IMG/VR virus record: IMGVR_UViG_3300034012_003212
Location: 124,001 to 188,000 of that record
Strand: one strand, 5' to 3'
DNA length: 64,000 bases
In this document: positions 58,555 through 64,000 of the stretch, in pieces
Numbering within the stretch: position 1 is the first letter of the stretch
Layout: each line of letters opens with the position of its first letter
The notes under the pieces: generated by a model
The model's input: the letters and a program-made list of their open reading frames with translations, nothing else
The model's database searches: none
What the model was told of the DNA's origin: nothing
Position numbers and translations under genes: made by a program

Positions 58555-58840
58555 ACTCGTATATATCAAACAGTGTCAAAAGTAAGTTCTCGTGGATCCA
58601 GGAGAAAGGTGTTCAAAATCTGGACAAGCAGGAGAAAAAAAAATTTTCCAGGGAAAAAAACAGAGGAGCTCTTCTGCAGAAGAAAGGGGAAATAGAACCC
58701 AGGGAGAAAAAAAAAATTTTCCGGGCTGAAAAAAAGGATTCCCTTTTCCTGGCAGGAACTGGATACTGTTGGGCCCCTTTTGACGGATATGTGATGATCA
58801 GATGGAGCATGGGAAGTGGGAGATCTGATGGAGCTGATGT

Positions 58841-58905
58841 AAAGGGGAAAAGGGTTCTGGAAAGGGAAAAGGGAAAAGGGTTCTGGAAAGGGAAAAGGGA
58901 AAAGG
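58841..58905 (+). repeat. Purine-rich GGG-tract repeat (G-quadruplex-forming pattern)
   Basis: GGGAAAAGGG/GGGTTCTGGAAA units giving seven G3+ runs. Confidence 0.75.
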
Positions 58906-58962
58906 ATTTTGCGGAGGGGTTAAGGCCCACCCTACCATAGTGAGCCTCCCGGGCGATAGTCC

Positions 58963-59051
58963 TTTTAGCCTCCCTGGGGCCCTCCCTGGGGCCTCGTTTT
59001 TAGCCTCCCTGGGGCCCTCCCTGGGGCCTCGTTTTTAGCCTCCCTGGGGCC
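58963..59051. repeat. 35-bp tandem repeat with five CCTCCCTGGGGC cores
   Basis: TTAGCC recurs at 58965, 59000 and 59035. Confidence 0.9.
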
Positions 59052-59135
59052 TATCCCCTGCCGCACTCTGGGAGGCCTGCCACGCGCTTTCTGGCCGCTT
59101 CTGGCCTCTCCTGGCTGTGGAATGCACTGGAATCA

Positions 59136-59540
59136 TCACTCCTGGGAGCTTCGAGCGAATGTGACGTATTCCCCTGCTATCCCTATGAGCCCGTCCAGCG
59201 AAAGTTTAACGTCAGAAGACCTGTCCAGGAACTCGTCAAGTTCACGATGCATCCCAGAGGACTCGAGAGCGTTCATGACGCCCAGTATTATGGCCGCTTT
59301 GGAATTGTAGAATTCCCCTGAGGGGTTCATCACGTCTGCGCTTGGTTTGTTCATTTCTGCCTCCTGGTGTTCTTCTTTGTTCACGTAAGGTTCCGGCGTT
59401 TCCAGAACCATCCAGGCCTGCCCTGGGAGCACATTGTAGTAGTACGTCATGACTAGCATGTTCCTCGACCATGTCCAGACGAGGTCGCACCACGGAGCGT
59501 CTTCCCTCGACGGAGGTCTGTCGGTTATCCACTCACTCAT
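59136..59540 (-). CDS. MSEWITDR-family (DUF551-like) protein fused to an unrelated C-terminal domain
   Basis: Family N-terminus and PEPYV linker. Confidence 0.7.
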   Translation of the reverse strand: MSEWITDRPPSREDAPWCDLVWTWSRNMLVMTYYYNVLPGQAWMVLETPEPYVNKEEHQEAEMNKPSADVMNPSGEFYNSKAAIILGVMNALESSGMHRELDEFLDRSSDVKLSLDGLIGIAGEYVTFARSSQE

Positions 59541-59913
59541 TGTTCAGCTCCTTATGATAGTTGAGTAAAAGTTTACGCACACGGCGTGCGGCTTCGATGG
59601 CCTGTTCTGAGGTTTGAAAGCAGTTGCCGAAGTTGTATTGTTTATCATCAATTTCCAAAAAACTATACCGCCAAAGTACTCCTCCGGTATAATCTATTTC
59701 CCAGTAATACTGATTGGGGGAAGGTTTCCACCGCTTAGGCTCTGAATTTCCGCCTGGCGCGGTCTTGTTTCTTCTAATCCAAGGATTTCCTAAACAAAGA
59801 TCGGAGTAAAAAATATCGTATACATATGATTCTTCGTCAATTGTCCAAACCATTCCATCATCATCCGCATCCGCCTCCGTCGGCAGCCTGTCGGTTATCC
59901 ACTCACTCATCAT
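59533..59913 (-). CDS. MSEWITDRLP-family protein (two-domain form)
   Basis: WKP...GNCFQT.EQA.EAARRVR.LLLNYHKEL C-terminus. Confidence 0.75.
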   Translation of the reverse strand: MMSEWITDRLPTEADADDDGMVWTIDEESYVYDIFYSDLCLGNPWIRRNKTAPGGNSEPKRWKPSPNQYYWEIDYTGGVLWRYSFLEIDDKQYNFGNCFQTSEQAIEAARRVRKLLLNYHKELNNE

Positions 59914-59923
59914 CGCCTCCTTG

Positions 59924-60379
59924 TTAAAACTGTGTTGAACTATTTATTATTGCATTGTTCAAGTTTGCACCACTCAAGTCTGCATAAATCAAGTATGCGC
60001 CACTCAAGTTTGCACCACTCAAGTTTGCACCACTCAAGTCTGCACTGACCAAGTCTGCACCACACAAGTCTGCACCATCCAAGTCTGCACTGACCAAGTC
60101 TGCGCCACTCAAGTTTGCACCACTCAAGTCTGCGCCATCCAAGTCTGCACCACACAAGTCTGCACCACACAAGTCTGCACCTCTCAAGTCTGCACCTCTC
60201 AAGTCTGCACCTCTCAAGTTTGCACCTCTCAAGTCTGCACTGACCAAGTCTGCACCTCTCAAGTCTGCACCACACAAGTTTGCACCTCTCAAGTCTGCAC
60301 CATCCAAGTCTGCACTGACCAAAGTATCTGTGTCAACTGTGTGGATTACTGTACCAAGCGTGTTCTTTATCTCAATCAT
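59924..60379 (-). CDS. Pentapeptide-repeat protein
   Basis: Over 20 A(D/N)Lxx repeats encoded by 15-bp DNA repeats. Confidence 0.92.
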   Translation of the reverse strand: MIEIKNTLGTVIHTVDTDTLVSADLDGADLRGANLCGADLRGADLVSADLRGANLRGADLRGADLRGADLCGADLCGADLDGADLSGANLSGADLVSADLDGADLCGADLVSADLSGANLSGANLSGAYLIYADLSGANLNNAIINSSTQF

Positions 60380-60391
60380 TGCAGTAGCTCC

Positions 60392-60610
60392 TTATGATAG
60401 TTGTGTAATGTCTCGCGCACACCGCTTCGGCTCTGGCTTGACGTATGGCTTCGGCGGAACGGGCTTTGGCTTTGGCGCCCAAACTTCGCCAGTCTGTATA
60501 TCCTCGTAATGACATCGCATTACCTCACCATTACTGCCTGCCAACCACACCTTATATTCCTCATCCGCATCTTCTTTCGTCGGCAGCCTGTCGGTTATCC
60601 ACTCACTCAT
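60392..60610 (-). pseudogene. MSEWITDRLP-family protein with an internal out-of-frame deletion
   Basis: EPKR is joined directly to DNA encoding VRETLHNYHKELLQ in another frame. Confidence 0.6.
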
Positions 60611-60980
60611 TGTTCAGCTCCTTGTGATAGTTTAACAATGTCTCACGCACACGTTGTGCGGCTTCTTCGGCTTGGGCTTGGGTTTGAAAGCAGTTGCCGA
60701 AGCTGTATTTTTCTTCATTAATTTCTGTGGGCAAAAAGCATTTGCACACTTCTCCATTGGTATTCACCATCCAATGATGTTCATACGGGAGAGGCCTCCA
60801 CCTCTGCGGCTCTGGCTTAACGTATGGCGCGGGTGTTTGCATCGGCATCCATGGCATCCGAATTAGCACGCGGGTATAGTGTATACTTATAACAGTGCCG
60901 TCATTACACGACGCCCATACATATCCTGAATTGCCTGCGTCCGCTTCGTTTGGATGTCTATCTGTTATCCATTTGGCCAT
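60603..60980 (-). CDS. MSEWITDRLP-family protein (two-domain form)
   Basis: MAKWITDRHP...LLNYHKELNNE. Confidence 0.75.
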   Translation of the reverse strand: MAKWITDRHPNEADAGNSGYVWASCNDGTVISIHYTRVLIRMPWMPMQTPAPYVKPEPQRWRPLPYEHHWMVNTNGEVCKCFLPTEINEEKYSFGNCFQTQAQAEEAAQRVRETLLNYHKELNNE

Positions 60981-61350
60981 TTAACAACTCCTTGTGATAG
61001 TTGAGTAAAAGTTCATGAATGCGACGTGCAGCTTCTTCTGCTTGTTCTAAGTTTTGAAAAACATTGCCGAAGTCGTATGCTCTACGAGCATCTTGGCCGC
61101 CATAATAATTCGTATTGAGCGTCTCGCCGAACCAGCTGATGTAATAGTACAAACTTTCAACCTCAGGCTTCCACCTCTGCGGCTCTGGCCTGACGTATGG
61201 CTTTGGCGGTGATATTTCCATCCAGGGCATGCCAAGTTTAATTTCTGAACGTCTTCTTAAACATGGCGTGCCTTTTTTTACCTGAGACCACACAAGACCT
61301 GAAAATCCCTCTTCGTATTCAGGCAGCCTGTCGGTTATCCACTCAATCAT
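60958..61350 (-). CDS. MSEWITDRLP-family protein (two-domain form)
   Basis: MIEWITDRLP; GGAGG upstream. Confidence 0.75.
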   Translation of the reverse strand: MIEWITDRLPEYEEGFSGLVWSQVKKGTPCLRRRSEIKLGMPWMEISPPKPYVRPEPQRWKPEVESLYYYISWFGETLNTNYYGGQDARRAYDFGNVFQNLEQAEEAARRIHELLLNYHKELLNGQMDNR

Positions 61351-61582
61351 TGTACCTCCGTGATACATTATTTGCATAATATGAAAAAGAGCCTGGGTCT
61401 ATGCCATCGCGAGACGGTACGTATGGATCGGGTTCATCGATAATCATCCATGGCTGACCCTCGTAAACACATGTAAAATGAGTTTGCTCCACCGTACCTT
61501 CGTTAGTTGTTACCCAAACAGTAGTGCCTGTATATTTTATTTCATCTTGATTTGGCAGCCTGTCGGTTATCCACTCACTCAT
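61343..61582 (-). CDS. MSEWITDRLP-family protein (single-domain form)
   Basis: Family N-terminus and PDPYV linker. Confidence 0.7.
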   Translation of the reverse strand: MSEWITDRLPNQDEIKYTGTTVWVTTNEGTVEQTHFTCVYEGQPWMIIDEPDPYVPSRDGIDPGSFSYYANNVSRRYND

Positions 61583-61660
61583 TTGTTTCTCTCCATATTT
61601 TTTAAGACGTAAATTATTGATGCAAATACACATATAATGAATACTGATACGACATCATGT

Positions 61661-62044
61661 TCATTCAGCATTATTTAACTCCTTATGATAGTTGAGTAAA
61701 AGTTCACGCACGCGGCGTGCTGCTTCCTGGGCTTGGGCCTCTGTTTGAAAGCAGTTTCGACTGTGGTAATAACTCATATCGGAGTTATTACCTGTCCATT
61801 GTAACAGTATCACCCCGGTGTGTTCCACTGCCCAATAACTCTGATCAGTCTTAGGCTTCCACGGATCTGGTTCTACACTGGGTTTGATGTAAGCATCAGG
61901 CTCTTTTATTGGCATCCAAGGCTGATTTACTTCCACTGTAGTGTAGTCTGCCCAGTAAACAAACCCATTTTCCGTTATCCACACTTTCTTGAGTATGTCA
62001 CTGTCCCGATCCGTCGGAAGTCGGTTGGTTATCCACTCACTCAT
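61661..62044 (-). CDS. MSEWITNRLP-family protein (two-domain form)
   Basis: AGGAGG upstream; conserved C-terminal block. Confidence 0.75.
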   Translation of the reverse strand: MSEWITNRLPTDRDSDILKKVWITENGFVYWADYTTVEVNQPWMPIKEPDAYIKPSVEPDPWKPKTDQSYWAVEHTGVILLQWTGNNSDMSYYHSRNCFQTEAQAQEAARRVRELLLNYHKELNNAE

Positions 62045-62273
62045 CTGTTTTCCCTCCTGGATTGTCGCGACTTCCAAATTTCAGCTCATGTAACTCGTGG
62101 TATATTTTAGCGTGTCGTTCGAATAAATGTATGGCAGTATTTAGCATCTCTCTGAGGTACAACTCATTCATAATATCAAGGTCGTGAGAATATGATCTGG
62201 CCTCAATCATGATGGCCTGTACATGTTCCATCACGGCGATCGAGAACGAAGGTTTATTCTGAGTCATGATCAA
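62037..62273 (-). CDS. Hypothetical protein
   Basis: 78-aa ORF coupled to its neighbours. Confidence 0.55.
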   Translation of the reverse strand: MIMTQNKPSFSIAVMEHVQAIMIEARSYSHDLDIMNELYLREMLNTAIHLFERHAKIYHELHELKFGSRDNPGGKTDE

Positions 62274-62424
62274 ACTCCATTATTTTAAAAATGATGAACA
62301 CGATGAACTTCCCTATCCAGTATAGCCCACATGTGATTCCAGCAATTCTGAAAAAATGCATGAAATCACTGGACACTTCCCATGCGATCGATGCCATGAG
62401 CACACCCATCAATATGTACATTAT
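62254..62424 (-). CDS. Small two-TM membrane protein
   Basis: MYILMGVLMASIAW...GLYWIGKFIVFIIF; start uncertain. Confidence 0.45.
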   Translation of the reverse strand: MMYILMGVLMASIAWEVSSDFMHFFRIAGITCGLYWIGKFIVFIIFKIMEFDHDSE

Positions 62425-62533
62425 GGTGTAGTGTATCGCTTGATCCGTTCCTCTCGTACGGGCCTTGCTATTCCGCGCATGACGCCTCCAAAAAATTAGT
62501 GTGAAACGTTGAACTGTTGCGATCTGTCTTGTG

Positions 62534-62541
62534 CAAAAATA
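62534..62541 (-). promoter_or_regulatory. Bacteroidota-type -7 promoter TATTTTTG
   Basis: TAnnTTTG followed by CA, with AT tracts upstream; heads the paralogue array. Confidence 0.55.
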
Positions 62542-62661
62542 CAAAAAAAACGTGAAAGTTTTCAATTTTTTTATTTTTTGGAAAAAAAATATCCGCACGG
62601 AAGATCAGGCCAGTAGCTCCTTTTTGTAGTTGGAGCGCAGTTCACGAATTCTGTGCCTGGC

Positions 62662-62877
62662 TTATTCTGCGTGATCCTCAAACCACTCGATCCCGCAGAA
62701 GTAGATTTCCCCATCTTCTGCCAGAAAATGGGTTATCCCGTGTGACCAAGATGGGTAGTGAACTTTCATGAGTTCATGATCCTCTCCGTTTATTGGCGTC
62801 ACATCCCCGAAATCTTTCAGGTGGAATTTCCTGTTCTGGAGATACTTCGGAGTTGGACCTTTGTGCCATTTTTCCAT
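62662..62877 (-). CDS. Hypothetical protein
   Basis: 71-aa ORF. Confidence 0.55.
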   Translation of the reverse strand: MEKWHKGPTPKYLQNRKFHLKDFGDVTPINGEDHELMKVHYPSWSHGITHFLAEDGEIYFCGIEWFEDHAE

Positions 62878-62895
62878 GATTCTAAAGTATTTGTG

Positions 62896-63174
62896 TTACA
62901 ACCGTCCTTTGACCTTCCACCCATATTGGAGGTTAAACATTCTCACGGCTTCTTTGCTCTTGTACTTTGGCTCTCGGAAAGTCTTGGAATATGAATCAAT
63001 CATCCACTCCATGAAAGACCTTTCTTCCTCTAGTGTCCACTCTCGGAGCGCGTACCACTTGTCCTGCTCAGTGAACGCAGGGTCATAGCCGCTGAACCCC
63101 ACACGGCGGAACATCTCGTCGAGGGCTATTTTGCGGAAGTCTTCGATCTTCTTCTTTACATCGAGTGTGCTCAT
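62896..63174 (-). CDS. Hypothetical protein
   Basis: Likely start MSTLDVK; W-rich small phage protein. Confidence 0.55.
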   Translation of the reverse strand: MSTLDVKKKIEDFRKIALDEMFRRVGFSGYDPAFTEQDKWYALREWTLEEERSFMEWMIDSYSKTFREPKYKSKEAVRMFNLQYGWKVKGRL

Positions 63175-63179
63175 ATAGT

Positions 63180-63839
63180 TTATTCCCAATTGTTGTTCTC
63201 TACACGTGATTTTGCAGACTCCCTATCCACAAAAGTTCCAACATACTTAAACGAACGTTCTGCTCGAGACCATAATGACACGCTACATTTTCCGCTGTTT
63301 CGTTCCATACTTAGTTCTGCAATGACCTGTCCTTTTGCGTCTATTGCGAACATATTAAATAATCCTTTTTCTTTCCAGGTGATTGTGCCCGGATACTCAG
63401 GATCTGTGGTAAATTTAGTGGGTTTACTTTGTGCATAGCGAAGATTGTTGTTGATTGCGCGGATCCACTCTTTGCACTGAAATATGATGTACTCCCTCAA
63501 TTCTGGTGTTAAAAGACCTAAACCATGGTCGTAGCTCAGACAAACGTTCCCGATAAAATTATCATCAGTAGGAACGCTATAGGGCGTCTCCGTATTGCTG
63601 TTATCTTTTGTTTTTTGTGGTTGTTGATCTTCGTTAATTACATGGCCCTCTGGCGGTACCGGAGGCTCTGGCTTGACGTATGGCGCGGGTTTATTTGCAA
63701 TAGTTTGCCACGGTGTACCAAGTTTTACTTGATCAAACTGCTCAACATATACGTATCCGTCGCAATCTGAGATCCATACCTGTCCGTGAATATCAGAATT
63801 TTCTACATTTGGCAGCCTGTCTGTTATCCACTCACTCAT
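63180..63839 (-). CDS. MSEWITDRLP-family protein fused to unrelated domains
   Basis: Family N-terminus, PAPYVKPEP linker, AGGAGG upstream. Confidence 0.7.
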   Translation of the reverse strand: MSEWITDRLPNVENSDIHGQVWISDCDGYVYVEQFDQVKLGTPWQTIANKPAPYVKPEPPVPPEGHVINEDQQPQKTKDNSNTETPYSVPTDDNFIGNVCLSYDHGLGLLTPELREYIIFQCKEWIRAINNNLRYAQSKPTKFTTDPEYPGTITWKEKGLFNMFAIDAKGQVIAELSMERNSGKCSVSLWSRAERSFKYVGTFVDRESAKSRVENNNWE

Positions 63840-64000
63840 TTTCGCCTCCTAAAAAATTAAATTCTTTTGTTTCTTGCCTATTCCATCTGTCAATGAGCAT
63901 ATTGATATGCATCAGATGAAATTCGCCTTTTGTCCCTCTGAACCTGTCTGCACTCATCATACTATATCTCGTGGATAAACGCTTAGTCCCGACGTTTTGT

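Noticed and set aside
58613-58930. 105-aa Phe/Pro-rich ORF
   Set aside because: Translation of low-complexity non-coding tracts.
58963-59051. Possible CRISPR mini-array
   Set aside because: The repeats are directly tandem with no unique spacers, and no cas genes are present.
59940-60275. Cys/Arg/Trp-rich 111-aa ORF
   Set aside because: Alternative frame of the pentapeptide repeat.
59136-63839. Diversity-generating retroelement or integron
   Set aside because: No reverse transcriptase or integrase in the window, variation is not adenine-specific, and no attC-like palindromes were seen.
1-64000. Stop-codon reassignment as in some large Bacteroidota phages
   Set aside because: Core genes are full length in the standard code, and TAG, TGA and TAA all end genes at sensible positions.
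1-64000. tRNA/rRNA genes
   Set aside because: No cloverleaf or T-loop signatures were recognised by eye in the intergenic gaps; tRNAscan was not run.

Overview
A 64-kb segment of a large T4-like (myovirus) phage genome in the standard genetic code. The host is probably Bacteroidota, based on repeated TAnnTTTG promoter elements, a DUF4494-like gene and a phage bS21. From left to right it contains: the start of the tail sheath gene, large terminase, a gp14-like neck protein, a holin/GH19 endolysin pair, replication and nucleotide genes (clamp loader subunits, DinG-like helicase, RNase H-like nuclease, PhoH, NUDIX, dUTPase, only the N-terminal half of a family-B DNA polymerase, class II RNR, ThyX), ribosomal protein bS21, a large sugar-modification/glycosyltransferase cluster, a MoxR AAA+/vWA-metallopeptidase pair, a degenerate LRR-like family, a G-tract/35-bp repeat non-coding island, and an array of eight 'MSEWITDRLP' paralogues with conserved DNA junctions. 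Three patterns span the window. (1) A GATATATA motif precedes structural and other presumed late genes. (2) About 13 unrelated ORFs share an N-terminal tag resembling the T4 capsid-targeting sequence. This suggests a head-packaged payload that includes AAA+ ATPases, a metallopeptidase and a frameshift-interrupted ADP-ribosyltransferase-like protein. (3) The phage bS21 appears to lack the Tyr that occludes the anti-Shine-Dalgarno sequence in Bacteroidota. All calls were made by eye from motifs; no database searches were run.
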